From contig JAQBYT010000032.1 of the NCBI GenBank assembly GCA_027622665.1, positions 1 to 49,669 on the forward strand: 49,669 nt of DNA, given 5' to 3'. The stretch is from Verrucomicrobiota bacterium. GTDB taxonomy: Bacteria; Verrucomicrobiota; Verrucomicrobiia; Opitutales; Seribacteraceae. Positions 27,176 through 37,249 of the stretch are shown here, one piece after another; position 1 is the first letter of the stretch, and each line of letters starts with the position of its first letter. Under the pieces are notes generated by a model, which saw nothing but the letters and a program-made list of their open reading frames with translations, made no database searches and was not told the origin of the DNA. Both the position numbers and the translations under genes were made by a program.

Positions 27176-28738
27176 TCAGGGAGTGATCCCAGCGGAATTA
27201 ACTTTGGCGTCGTGGACGAGGAAGACTTTTGCCAAACGACATCTACGCTTCCAGGCTCGACTACCTTCGCCGGGATATTGTTGTGGCAAATTCGTACTGC
27301 CCAAGCCCTCGGCAAAAATACGGTTTTCATTTATGCTACAAACACCAACCAAGTACCCTTTAATGGACAAAGCACGCTCGCTGGAGAGAGCCAAGTCCAC
27401 TGCCGAATCGGTTCCCGGACTGACGTTTGCCTGTATAACTATGCGGTGGTTCGGGTAATGGGCTAGCTTGCCAGAGGCCGCTCTTAGCTTATCCCTAAAC
27501 TCATCCGAAAGAACGGCTTGTCCCGATCCAAAAATCACTGGCTCATCGATAAAAGTTCCTGTAATTCGACCTTTGACTCCGTTCCACTGCTCCAGCGACA
27601 ATGGGGGGAAATAGCCGCTTACGTATCCCTTGGTCGCGTAACGATGAACGGCTTCCACTTCCTTAGCAGAGGCGATTTCCTTAATGGGGTCACTGTTGAC
27701 AAAACTGTAAAAACTACCGCCTGCGGGCGGTGAAGACAAGTCGCCCACGTCACGACAAATTTTATGGATGCGTTCAATGCCCTCAACCAACTTGGGCAAG
27801 GCTCCACTCTGCAAACCAAACCACTCCTCGGCATTCTCCTTGAGTGTGATGAATCGTATCCCGGCCAACATCCCGGCGGCAACGTCTGACGACTCACCGG
27901 AGTAAGCAGCCGCCAAGGCCTCGAACTCGGCGGGGCGGTTAAGATAGTAATGCAGGGCTCGAAAGTACGCCTTGGTCAACTCCTTGATCACCTCTGGTTC
28001 CTTAACCAAGGTCTTTCGAGAAGCCACCGCGACGTCGAGAATAACTCCTCTGGCCTGTGTTGTATCAAGCACCACCTTGGCCCCTGAAATCTGATCAACC
28101 GCTTGTGATACAAATGGTTCCCAAAGAACGGCAAAATCAGCCTTCCCCTCTTTGAAGCGGCTAAACGCTTCCGCGCTGTTTTCCGCTCGAAAGGAAGCTA
28201 CCTTGGCCTTGGCATTCTCCAGTTTGAAATGAGAGATGCTCGACTTAAGCAGAAACTCGGATGGAGAAAAACCCACCAATGAACCGCGAATACCTTTCTC
28301 GTCCAAGTCGTCCAAGGTGTTTACCTTTGGACCACCGACAATGGCGTCTCCGCCAAAAGACTCGTCGATCAAGAACACGATCGCACCCGGATAACCAGCA
28401 CCTTGACCGTTGGTCAGGTAACTGTCGATCGTGATAGTGGCCAGGTCGCACTTTCCCGAATCCAATCCCGCCACGCGTTCCTCGAAGTCAAATACGTTCT
28501 CGTACCGAATACCCAGATTTTTTTCCTTCAAGTATTCCTGCATCGCTCGAGACTTGAAGATAAGGTAACCGAGCCAATCGTCTCCCCACACGGTAATAAC
28601 GCGGTCGAAATCGACGGCGTCACTGCTTTGCAAGAGCAGCTCCTCGCGCTTTTTTTCCTTCCTCCCCGTCTCAGTCCATTTCCACGCAACCAAGCCCACG
28701 ATGACCAGCAGGCAGAAGATGGTGAGGGCTTTCTTCAT
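27176..28738 (-). CDS. SsuA/NMT1-type substrate-binding domain fused to a C-terminal OmpA-like domain
   Basis: N-terminal anchor; DDWLGY, IDESFGGDAIV and AVLWEPFVS; C-terminal VIFGSGQAVL...LSSERALSIKGYL...RIFAEGLGS. Confidence 0.85.
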   Translation of the reverse strand: MKKALTIFCLLVIVGLVAWKWTETGRKEKKREELLLQSSDAVDFDRVITVWGDDWLGYLIFKSRAMQEYLKEKNLGIRYENVFDFEERVAGLDSGKCDLATITIDSYLTNGQGAGYPGAIVFLIDESFGGDAIVGGPKVNTLDDLDEKGIRGSLVGFSPSEFLLKSSISHFKLENAKAKVASFRAENSAEAFSRFKEGKADFAVLWEPFVSQAVDQISGAKVVLDTTQARGVILDVAVASRKTLVKEPEVIKELTKAYFRALHYYLNRPAEFEALAAAYSGESSDVAAGMLAGIRFITLKENAEEWFGLQSGALPKLVEGIERIHKICRDVGDLSSPPAGGSFYSFVNSDPIKEIASAKEVEAVHRYATKGYVSGYFPPLSLEQWNGVKGRITGTFIDEPVIFGSGQAVLSDEFRDKLRAASGKLAHYPNHRIVIQANVSPGTDSAVDLALSSERALSIKGYLVGVCSINENRIFAEGLGSTNLPQQYPGEGSRAWKRRCRLAKVFLVHDAKVNSAGITP

Positions 28739-28770
28739 AATTCAACTTCAGAATATTCGAATCTCCGCAT

Positions 28771-29637
28771 TCAAGGGCTAACCGCTCTTTTTGCAACAAA
28801 TACTAGAACAAAGATACCAACTACGACAACCAGTACGATTCCTACCTGACTGTCTTCCTCCTCCGGAATTGAACCGTAACCCTCTTCGCCCTCCGCTCCG
28901 TCATGAGAGGTTCGAACCTCCTTACCCAAGGGTAATGCGGATACTCGGGCCATAGCTTTTTCTTCTTCGGCAGAGATGCGAAACTCGATATCCAACGGTA
29001 CCTCGGCATCAACGTTCGCAAGCGAGCGTTGCAACTCCTCGCGATTGTTCGCCGCAACAAAATGAGTGGCAAACCCGTCCAAGTAGTCTCCTTGACCATG
29101 AAAACCGATACCGAACACCTCGACACCTTCCATGCGCAATTTCGAAACCATTTCACAAACCGCAGGATTTCCACCGGGATGCTTAGTTTCATGACCATCG
29201 GTCAAGAGTATCAACAAATGACGCTCGTAAGGCGTCACCGTCTCTCGCCGTTTATTGATCATCTTAAAAGCCCTTTCCAACGTTGCGACGATTGGCGTCA
29301 TCCCCCCGACTCGAAGTTTGTCCACGGCTTTCAATACCTGACTCTCACCGTTCTTCACGAATTCGACGTCCAAAGAACGCCTGTTCATTGGGAGAAAACA
29401 CCAGGCGTTGTTAGGCTCGGCTTTCTCCAACCACCAGCGAAAGGCTTGCTTCGCTTGACTTAACTTTCCTCCTTCCATGCTTCCGGAGTCATCAAAAATA
29501 ATGGTGTAGGCTGTACCCGTCTGCGAAGCGAACTCCGCATCCAGTTCAGAAAACTCGGAATCCTGGGCGAAGATCGCATTAAAGATAAGACAGTTGGCGA
29601 TGACGAAAAGGACAAGCAATGATGATAGATTCTTCAT
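28771..29637 (-). CDS. vWA domain protein with signal peptide and C-terminal TM anchor
   Basis: MIDAS motifs IIFDDSGSM, GMTP and LLTDG; C-terminal GIVLVVVVGIFVLVFVAKR. Confidence 0.9.
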   Translation of the reverse strand: MKNLSSLLVLFVIANCLIFNAIFAQDSEFSELDAEFASQTGTAYTIIFDDSGSMEGGKLSQAKQAFRWWLEKAEPNNAWCFLPMNRRSLDVEFVKNGESQVLKAVDKLRVGGMTPIVATLERAFKMINKRRETVTPYERHLLILLTDGHETKHPGGNPAVCEMVSKLRMEGVEVFGIGFHGQGDYLDGFATHFVAANNREELQRSLANVDAEVPLDIEFRISAEEEKAMARVSALPLGKEVRTSHDGAEGEEGYGSIPEEEDSQVGIVLVVVVGIFVLVFVAKRAVSP

Positions 29638-29682
29638 GATGTGTTACTCCTATGATTGGGGATGGATGAATGGCCACGAAAC

Positions 29683-31500
29683 CTAACGAAGATCTTCCAT
29701 TCCGAAATCGAGAGGAATCTCACTTTCCACCCCGATGATGATCAGCTCACCTCGCATGTTTTCAGTACGTTGCTGAGGACTGGATGGATTGGAATGCTTG
29801 GGATCGCTCACTCCCATTCCCTTAACGTCGAAACGGGAAAGATCCATTTCCTGAGCCGACAAGTCGTGATGCTCTCTTAGGTATCGAGCATAAGCTCGCT
29901 TCACGGCGAAGGCTCGAGAGTAGGATAATTTGTTGGCGGCGTTTGCGACCTCCTCCACTTGCGGAAGAGGAAATTGCTTGAACGCCCCACCTACCTTTCT
30001 CTCATAGGTAGTGGCCCCTCGGCTTCTCTTCATGCGAACGAAATTGTGAAACATGTTGTCGGCATGTCCTCGAAGTTGCACCACGGCTCCACCGTAACGA
30101 GTAACCTTTTCATGAATGGTGTTGAAAACGTCGGGATAATCCCGCCAAGCGAGATCGGCCATCGATGCAGGGAAGCCAAAAGTGTAAGTAAAGAGAGTAC
30201 CCGCACTAGAACTTTCTGCGGCGGCCCTAACAGCTTGAGCGCTTGAAAAGACGGGCTTCACGGCAACGGCCGGCACAGGCACTGCCTCCGATTCGAACCA
30301 CTTGAATTTGGCAGCCGCAGGTAAAGTCTGTGAGGAAATGAGCCCTCCCGCAACATAGTACGATTGGATTCGCTTGTTCGCGGCGGCAAAACCAACGGGG
30401 CTTTTGTCATTCCCGAAAAACTCCTCGTTACCGGAAAAAAGAGCCAACTCACTGTCTAGACCCAACCACATGACAAAATCCTCTACGGCCGCTTCGTCAA
30501 AGAGGAAAATACCCGCCAAGGGTCGGGACAATTGCTTGAATTCACGAAGTTTCGCTTGGTCCGCGGACTTTTTCTTCCCTACGTTATCGAGATGGTCCCG
30601 AAAGAATTTTTGCTCCTCTAGAAGAGTCTTCGCGATTGACTTGACGCGATCGGGATTCGCGGCAAACCAGTCGGAACGCACCGCATAAACATCCGCAATA
30701 ACTCTAGAAGCAGTGCGAGTGGTAAGAATCGGTTTCGCCCCCTTTACGCTGTCCTCGGCTCCGGTACCCACTGTTCCACCTGCAGTAAGCGTGAGGATGT
30801 CGGGGTAAATCGCGGCAGCTCCATCTACCGACGAATCAGCCCGGAAAGCACCAGCCGGATCATTAATGCCCGGGACCGGGTTGTCGGGGTTTTCAGTGAT
30901 GTCCGCAACGTACTTGACCGTCACGTCCGCCAAAGTCAGTCCCGCATCCTGCAGGAGCACATTAACCAAATCCATGTGAGGTCCCGTGCGCTGCACGACG
31001 ATAGTCTTCCCCTTGAGGTCAGAAAGCTTGTTCACTCCCTTCGCCACGAACCCGTCGGCTCCCGTACTCCAACTCAGTTGCATGAATACGATGGGGGCAA
31101 GATCAGGACTGATGGCAGTCAAACCTTCTGCCGCAAGATTGATCATGCCGATCGTTCCACGAAGGAAGGGACTGTCACCGGAAATATAGGCCTTGAGCTG
31201 CTTATCGAACTCGTCCACTCGCTCCAACTTTACAGGTGCGCCGGCTGCGCGTCCAAGCTTTGATCCCGCATTGGGCCTCTCGCCACCATTCGCATGGATG
31301 GTTACGCCATCGGCCGCCCAGGTGATATAGGGCATTTGCAAAATCCCCGGCTTTACCGCGCCCTTTTGGGTTTTAAAAACAGGATCGTTTTTAAAGGGCT
31401 TGATGATCTCTGAGTAGTTGACTTTCTGGCCAAAGACTCCGCCAGCCGACATGGCAAATGCGAGGAAAAATAAGAGGAAGACATGGATTGCGCGATTCAT
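29683..31500 (-). CDS. Secreted SsuA/NMT1-type substrate-binding domain plus OmpA-like domain with insertion
   Basis: Signal peptide; SWSTGADG, LSDLKGKTI and ADVYAVRSD; C-terminal QLRGHAD...LSYSRAFAVK...VKGMG..P...NMR. ATGA overlap with the AAA gene. Confidence 0.83.
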   Translation of the reverse strand: MNRAIHVFLLFFLAFAMSAGGVFGQKVNYSEIIKPFKNDPVFKTQKGAVKPGILQMPYITWAADGVTIHANGGERPNAGSKLGRAAGAPVKLERVDEFDKQLKAYISGDSPFLRGTIGMINLAAEGLTAISPDLAPIVFMQLSWSTGADGFVAKGVNKLSDLKGKTIVVQRTGPHMDLVNVLLQDAGLTLADVTVKYVADITENPDNPVPGINDPAGAFRADSSVDGAAAIYPDILTLTAGGTVGTGAEDSVKGAKPILTTRTASRVIADVYAVRSDWFAANPDRVKSIAKTLLEEQKFFRDHLDNVGKKKSADQAKLREFKQLSRPLAGIFLFDEAAVEDFVMWLGLDSELALFSGNEEFFGNDKSPVGFAAANKRIQSYYVAGGLISSQTLPAAAKFKWFESEAVPVPAVAVKPVFSSAQAVRAAAESSSAGTLFTYTFGFPASMADLAWRDYPDVFNTIHEKVTRYGGAVVQLRGHADNMFHNFVRMKRSRGATTYERKVGGAFKQFPLPQVEEVANAANKLSYSRAFAVKRAYARYLREHHDLSAQEMDLSRFDVKGMGVSDPKHSNPSSPQQRTENMRGELIIIGVESEIPLDFGMEDLR

Positions 31501-33173
31501 GATTCTGTTTCGGTATGAGGTTTTGTATTTCTGCGATTTTGAAAGTATTCGGGGACAAGCTCGATGTCAGTAGCTTCGCGAACGGCTAGGTCGATTTGAA
31601 ACTCGATGACTTCCATGGGAACCGAAGGTTGATAATCCTCCAGCATATCGGCAAGGACTTCAACAGTCTGGCGTTCACTGGTCACCTGTAACCGCATGAC
31701 TTTGGCGGCCAAGGCTTCGGCGGCTCCGGCAGTCATCAACAGGGGAGCCTTCTCCTCAAGAGACTGAGCTTCCTCATCACTCAAAATGAGATCGTTGCGC
31801 TTCAGCAAAGCACGAATAAGGTCCATGCTCTCCGCGGTGGAGGAAGTTGGCAAAATGGGTATTTTGACGTCCACGCGACCGGGACGTTTCAGGTCTACCT
31901 CGATCAGGTCGGGTCTACTGCTGGCAAGTATCCAGACGATACGTCCTCGGTTCTCATTCTTGCCCATTTCCTTTGCGATCATGGAATAAAGCCTGCCGGA
32001 AAGACCTCCGTCGCCTTCAGACACCCGACGTCCCAAGGCTTGATCCGCCTCGTCCACGAACACCATGCAGCGCCCGAGTGCTCTTAGAATGCGAAAGACC
32101 TTCTCCAAGTTCCCCTCGGAAGTACCCACCCATCGCTCGCGGAAATTCTTGAGAGCCACGGTCGGCACCCCCGCTTCACCAGCCATACACTCGGCCAGAA
32201 AGGTCTTACCCGTTCCCACGGGCCCGCAGAGCAAGTAACCCTTGGGAACTGCCCGCAGACGGCCTTCGCGCCAATTCTGCAAATCCTTCGAAACCCATTT
32301 CTTAATGGCCTCAGAGCCGGCCATATTGGAAAAATTCTTGCTGGGCGGAATGAACTCGATGAGGTCGCGAGCATCATTCTCTATGAGAGATTTTTTCAGC
32401 TCGGCCACGTCCGCTCCCTCGATAGGTCGCTCACTCAAGTTCGCCATACGTACGGCTTCCTCCACCGAAACAAGGGCGACACCGGAGAGTTGTTCGGCTA
32501 ATTGGTCCTCCGGCTCCTTTCCGAAGGCTTTTGGAAAACGTTTGCGAAAAGCAACTAGGGCTTCGCCGATTAGCTTTGGACCGGGCAAGGGAACCTCCAC
32601 CGTATGACTGCGTGGATTACGAGAGACTAGGGGATGAAGATCGCTGAAGTTCTCACAGGTCAAGAACGTCGCCAGAGGATGCTCACGCAAAGCAGTGTCG
32701 GATGCCCAATTGCGCAAGGTCAGGGCGAGACGTGAAAGCTCGTGATCACGAGAACGCCCGCCCGAAAAGGGAACCACCAAGTGAGCGTCCTCTATCACGA
32801 CTGCAACCTTGCAGGGTGAACCTCCTCGAATTCTAGCCACGTTTACCGCGCTGAGGAGAAGGCGATCCAGTTCCCGGAGGGCCGCGGCAGGTGATCGGAC
32901 GGTCTCCTCCGAAGAAACGGGACGATTAGTCACCTTGGCCAAGTCGTCGCCACCCTTTCGAACGCGCACCCCCTTGGCCAAATCGTAAGTAAGAATGGCA
33001 TCGAAGCCCGAAAGAATTTCCTCAGAGATGAAGGGCACCAAGCCCAAAAGCTTTTCCTCGGAACGAGTAAAAAAGGAATCGTAAACGTTTCCGTGAAGAA
33101 TGAACTGGTTGTGGGCTCCACTCTTATACGAAGAGCGCAGCTCGCCTATCCATGCTTCGTCCGAGTCAACCAC
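31497..33173 (-). CDS. AAA ATPase with degenerate N-terminal module and active classical AAA module
   Basis: Walker A GPVGTGKT, pore loop RWVG, Walker B VFVDEAD, SRH ASSRPD..LKRPGRVD. The N-terminal half keeps only VVIEDAH. Confidence 0.9.
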   Translation of the reverse strand: MVDSDEAWIGELRSSYKSGAHNQFILHGNVYDSFFTRSEEKLLGLVPFISEEILSGFDAILTYDLAKGVRVRKGGDDLAKVTNRPVSSEETVRSPAAALRELDRLLLSAVNVARIRGGSPCKVAVVIEDAHLVVPFSGGRSRDHELSRLALTLRNWASDTALREHPLATFLTCENFSDLHPLVSRNPRSHTVEVPLPGPKLIGEALVAFRKRFPKAFGKEPEDQLAEQLSGVALVSVEEAVRMANLSERPIEGADVAELKKSLIENDARDLIEFIPPSKNFSNMAGSEAIKKWVSKDLQNWREGRLRAVPKGYLLCGPVGTGKTFLAECMAGEAGVPTVALKNFRERWVGTSEGNLEKVFRILRALGRCMVFVDEADQALGRRVSEGDGGLSGRLYSMIAKEMGKNENRGRIVWILASSRPDLIEVDLKRPGRVDVKIPILPTSSTAESMDLIRALLKRNDLILSDEEAQSLEEKAPLLMTAGAAEALAAKVMRLQVTSERQTVEVLADMLEDYQPSVPMEVIEFQIDLAVREATDIELVPEYFQNRRNTKPHTETES

Positions 33174-33195
33174 TTTACCAGCTCACGCTCCCGGG

Positions 33196-33951
33196 CTACA
33201 TTCCGGCCTTTTCGGATTCCGACTCGGGTTCTTCTTCCACCGGTGCTTCGGATGCCTCAGGTGTCTTCTCGTCAAGGGTTACCCCAAGTTCGCTTGCTAA
33301 GTCGGCCAAAGCCATGTCGGCCAAGGCGTTTTCCTCGGATTCCTTGAGTTTGACCTCGGCCATATCCACACTGTCCCGAGCCACTCGAGCTCGCCCTGCT
33401 GCTTTTTCGCGCTGCTCTCGGACGATTCCTTCAAGACGGTCGAGCGTTTCACCACTTCCACCCAGCTCGGACACCATGCCGGTGGCCATTTCGCTCAGTT
33501 CCGCAGTAGCCTTTTGGATTTTCATGTCCTGGATACCGAACTTGAGGCTCTCGATTTTTCTCTTTGCTTCCTGAATCGTAACGTCTCTGGCCTTCGTCAA
33601 GTCCTTGTAGGTCTTTTCGGCGTCCTCAAGTTGCCGCCTGTTGTCTTCGAGCTCCTTGCGGACTTCCTGCAGGGAGAGAGCATAGCGAGCAGCCGGTTCG
33701 TTGTTCCCCGCCTTAATGTGGGCGCTCGCCTTGGCCTTGAGCTCTCTCTCGCGTTTCTCTTCCCTTTCTATCTGTGATATCAAGCGTTCCACCAAGGCGG
33801 CGTGCGAAGCCAAGCCTTGGTTGTACTGGGCGATTTGCTTGCGCAGGTTTTCCTTTTCCAGCTCGAGCAAGGCTTCGGGGTTTGATGCTTCAGCAGCCGA
33901 AACCGCCATTCCTAGCATTCCTTTAATTAGATTCCAGAGTCTCCTGAACAT
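33196..33951 (-). CDS. pspA: PspA/IM30 (ESCRT-III superfamily) protein
   Basis: Amphipathic MFRRLWNLIKG, NPEALLE, long coiled coil with G.NEPAARYAL, acidic tail. AAGGA SD. Confidence 0.88.
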   Translation of the reverse strand: MFRRLWNLIKGMLGMAVSAAEASNPEALLELEKENLRKQIAQYNQGLASHAALVERLISQIEREEKRERELKAKASAHIKAGNNEPAARYALSLQEVRKELEDNRRQLEDAEKTYKDLTKARDVTIQEAKRKIESLKFGIQDMKIQKATAELSEMATGMVSELGGSGETLDRLEGIVREQREKAAGRARVARDSVDMAEVKLKESEENALADMALADLASELGVTLDEKTPEASEAPVEEEPESESEKAGM

Positions 33952-34023
33952 GGCCTTATCCTTTGGTTGAAGATTGAGAAATTAGTGTATTAAAAATGCT
34001 TAAGATTTAAAAAGTCCATTCGG

Positions 34024-34929
34024 TCAATCAGCATCTACTTCTGCAAATCGATCCACGCCACCGATAAAAGAAATATCATCGGCTTCTTCGGGAAATTCTC
34101 CGTGTATCAGGACATCCAATCGATGACGGACCGCAAGAAACCGAGGATCTAGAAACTGGTCAGGCTTACGTGGCCTCTCAAGAGGTATTTTTACGAACTC
34201 CTCAACACGGCCCGGATTTGCTTCCAAAACGAGAATCCGGTCAGACAAATATATGGCCTCATCGAGATCATGGGTGATAAAAATTATGGTCACGTCCACA
34301 TGCCTCCAAATCTGCAAAAGATATGCCTGCATGAGAGCCCGCGTCTGTGCGTCGAGGGCCCCAAAAGGTTCGTCCATAAGAAGGATGCGTGGTCGGTTCG
34401 CCAAGGCTCTGGCAATGCCCACACGTTGCTTCATCCCCCCCGAAAGTTGGTGCGGGTAATGGTTCTTGAAATCGGAGAGGCCAACCATTTCAAGCCATTT
34501 ATTCGCTTCTTTTTCCACATCTTCGCTGGATTTCCCCATCATTTCGGGGCCGAAGGTCACGTTGCCCGCGACCGTGCGCCACGGAAACAAGGTATAGCTT
34601 TGAAAGACCATGCCGCGCCCCGAACCCGGACCCCGAATTTCCTCGCCGTCCAGCATAGCCGAACCCGAGGTCGAGGTTTCCAAACCGGCCAAGATTCGAA
34701 TCAAGGTGGATTTTCCACATCCGGAAGGTCCCACGATAGAGACGAACTCACGGTGATGCACGTTAAAGGAAACATCTTGCAGTGCCTCCGTTGCCCCGAC
34801 CCCTTCGCCAAATATTTTCCCTAATTTCTCCACCTTCAAAACAACTTCCCGGGAAAGAAGGTCCTCGAAATAGCGTTTTACTTCGGGAGTCTGTTCACGA
34901 TAGTCGACCAGTTGCTCTTCTGTGCTCAC
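34024..34929 (-). CDS. ABC transporter ATP-binding protein, NitT/TauT family
   Basis: [42 protein letters not shown]. Start moved to the GTG that overlaps the permease stop (GTGA); the ORF track gives 35190. Confidence 0.93.
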   Translation of the reverse strand: MSTEEQLVDYREQTPEVKRYFEDLLSREVVLKVEKLGKIFGEGVGATEALQDVSFNVHHREFVSIVGPSGCGKSTLIRILAGLETSTSGSAMLDGEEIRGPGSGRGMVFQSYTLFPWRTVAGNVTFGPEMMGKSSEDVEKEANKWLEMVGLSDFKNHYPHQLSGGMKQRVGIARALANRPRILLMDEPFGALDAQTRALMQAYLLQIWRHVDVTIIFITHDLDEAIYLSDRILVLEANPGRVEEFVKIPLERPRKPDQFLDPRFLAVRHRLDVLIHGEFPEEADDISFIGGVDRFAEVDAD

Positions 34930-35936
34930 GCCGTACTCGCCTCCTTCCCGAAACCAAGTGCTTTGGCAATGGATGCCAAAATACCCGGTTTGGAATCCTT
35001 TTCCCAAGGGAACAGTCGGGAACCCAAGACTCCCAACATTATATCCACAAATAATCCGATAAGGCCAATCATGATGATTGCAGCGTAAACATTCTCGTAC
35101 ACCTTGTACTTGCTTTGCTGGTGGATAAAGGCGGTGATCCCCGTCTTCGCTCCAACCAGTTCGGCCACGATAAGGTATGTCCAAGCCCACCCCAACAGGA
35201 TGCGCAAATCACGATACAGGTCGGGCAAAATCCCGGGCAAGGCAACCCTAGTCAGCAGTTGCAGCTTTCCGGCTCCCAGAGTTTGGGCAGCCTCCACCAA
35301 GGCCCGATCGAGCCCGCGTGTCGTGTTTGCAACCACAAGCACTTGCTGAAAGAAGGTGCCGATGAAAATAATGGCTATCTTGGGTCCATCGTAAATGCCG
35401 ACGATCGCCACCGCCAAGGCTCCGAACGCGGGAGCAGGCATGTAGCGAACGAAATCGATGAACGGTTCGAACAAACGGGCAATGGGTGAATAGGCCCCAC
35501 ACAGGATTCCCAGAGGAACCCCGATTATCGAAGAAAGCAAAAAGCCCCAGAATATCACTTGAATGCTATGCCACAGACTTTCATGCAGCCAAGGGTCGCC
35601 CGGCAGGCGCGGTTCGGTAACGAAAGCCGTATAAAAGGCTTTCCCGACCTCGTGGGGAGCAGGTAAGTAAACGGGGTTTACGGGAATCCCCTTGACCACA
35701 ACGGAACCTTTTGAGGAAAGACGAGCATTCTCTTGATGGAATGCCTCCCGCTCTACCGTCATGCCCGGACGAAAATACCGGGAATCACCACTTTCAGTTA
35801 CCTCCATCAAGGGATGCCAAAGGAACGGCAGGTAGCTGAAAGCCGACCATACCGCCAGAGGCAACAGAAAGGAGCAGAGGGTAACGATTCCCCGAGCTTT
35901 AGGGGATAACTCTCGCCCGATAGCGAACCAATCCAT
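34926..35936 (-). CDS. ABC transporter permease, NitT/TauT family
   Basis: [24 protein letters not shown] (EAA motif) and [10 protein letters not shown]. Confidence 0.93.
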   Translation of the reverse strand: MDWFAIGRELSPKARGIVTLCSFLLPLAVWSAFSYLPFLWHPLMEVTESGDSRYFRPGMTVEREAFHQENARLSSKGSVVVKGIPVNPVYLPAPHEVGKAFYTAFVTEPRLPGDPWLHESLWHSIQVIFWGFLLSSIIGVPLGILCGAYSPIARLFEPFIDFVRYMPAPAFGALAVAIVGIYDGPKIAIIFIGTFFQQVLVVANTTRGLDRALVEAAQTLGAGKLQLLTRVALPGILPDLYRDLRILLGWAWTYLIVAELVGAKTGITAFIHQQSKYKVYENVYAAIIMIGLIGLFVDIMLGVLGSRLFPWEKDSKPGILASIAKALGFGKEASTA

Positions 35937-35972
35937 TAAAAGTTTTGTGAGATCTGTTCGGGCAAACGGTCC

Positions 35973-37001
35973 TTACAGGGAATCAACGAAACTCGAGTCT
36001 AGGTAGTCCTCGACTTTTTCCTTGGTCTTGTAGATGTCTTGGGCCACATTGAAATCGTTCACGATGCGACTGGAACCAACCACCGAGTCGAGCCCCTCGG
36101 CATCCTTGAAGCGTTCCTTGTTTTCGGCAAGGGTAAGAATACGGGTGCCTTGGAGAAACTGTTCGTAATCCTCGGGTTTAACCTGCACGCGAGCACTAAG
36201 GATTTCCAAGACCTCCTCCTTGTTCGCAGGATCGTTCATGAAATCGACGATTTGGAACCAAACCTTGACTACTTTTTGCCAATCGTCCCGACGGGCAGCC
36301 AAACTTTCAGGACTGACGTAGAGAAGGTCGTAAATGATACCGGGAATGTTGGCGCTCGTAAAAATCGCCTTCGATCCACCCACTAATTTCAATGCCTGTC
36401 CTGAATTCGGTTGCCAAGCGGAAATGGCGTCCACGTCACCCGTGGCCAAGGTTTCGGCGGTCTTGTCGGTTGGTACGTTGACGAGAGTGACGTCCGTCTC
36501 CGCGAGTCCGGCGCTCTCCAAAGCCTTGAGTAGTAAGAGATGGCTCACAAAGCCAACTTCAACCCCAATTTTCTTGCCCTTAAGAGCAGCTGCGGAATCA
36601 ATACCTTGCTTGGCCACGACCATATCGTTGCCGTTACTGAAGTCGTTGATGAGAATAGCGATGCCTTTCTTGCCAGTGGCTCCCGTTACGAGAGCGTCTC
36701 CATTGGTCATGCAAACGGCATCCACCTTGCCAGCCGCAAAGCTGTCCATAGATGGAACGTAATCAAGCCAAATGAACTCGACCTTTACTCCGGCATCCTT
36801 GAAGAAACCCTTTTGCCTGCCGATTTCCCATGCCACCCATCCGGGCCAGTCGCTATAAGCAATCCGAAGGGCTTCAGCCGAGGAATTGTCGCTCCCGTCG
36901 CCGGCTCCCGATGAATTCGGATTGTCGCCCCCGCCACAACCGACGAACAAGCCGAGGCTCGAAAGAACTGTTGAAAAAAAGAGTTTTCTTATAGTAAGCA
37001 T
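35973..37001 (-). CDS. ABC transporter substrate-binding lipoprotein, SsuA/NMT1 (NitT/TauT) type
   Basis: Lipobox [27 protein letters not shown] and AWQP. These resemble urea-carboxylase-associated binding proteins, but the ligand is unknown. Confidence 0.9.
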   Translation of the reverse strand: MLTIRKLFFSTVLSSLGLFVGCGGGDNPNSSGAGDGSDNSSAEALRIAYSDWPGWVAWEIGRQKGFFKDAGVKVEFIWLDYVPSMDSFAAGKVDAVCMTNGDALVTGATGKKGIAILINDFSNGNDMVVAKQGIDSAAALKGKKIGVEVGFVSHLLLLKALESAGLAETDVTLVNVPTDKTAETLATGDVDAISAWQPNSGQALKLVGGSKAIFTSANIPGIIYDLLYVSPESLAARRDDWQKVVKVWFQIVDFMNDPANKEEVLEILSARVQVKPEDYEQFLQGTRILTLAENKERFKDAEGLDSVVGSSRIVNDFNVAQDIYKTKEKVEDYLDSSFVDSL

Positions 37002-37171
37002 TTGTAATGGTCTCCTAATGAATAAGATAGGTATGGTGGATGGTTTGAGATAGTTATTCTAGCAAGGACAGAAAACGGTCAAGCGCATTGTGAATATCCT
37101 TCTATGCGAATTACCTTTTCTATCACTAGGTTCATCAAAAAAATCTATTTTACAGGATTCATCAAACCAAC

Positions 37172-37204
37172 TCCATTACAAAATTAGCTGAATTTTGTAA
37201 TGGA
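37172..37204. promoter_or_regulatory. Perfect 14-bp inverted repeat in a divergent intergenic region (candidate operator or RNA hairpin)
   Basis: TCCATTACAAAATT-AGCTG-AATTTTGTAATGGA between the ABC operon and the M50B gene. Confidence 0.6.
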
Positions 37205-37249
37205 TGAAAACCAGCCAACCTGTACCCTATTCATTCCTGCAAACCTATA

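Noticed and set aside
34930..35190. N-terminal extension of the ABC ATPase given by the ORF track
   Set aside because: It overlaps the permease by about 260 nt; the GTGA coupling at 34926-34929 gives a normal start.
37002..37249. Guanidine (ykkC-type) riboswitch upstream of the ABC operon
   Set aside because: Suggested by the binding-protein type, but the region is AT-rich and I could not find the conserved riboswitch motifs; an Rfam scan would settle it.
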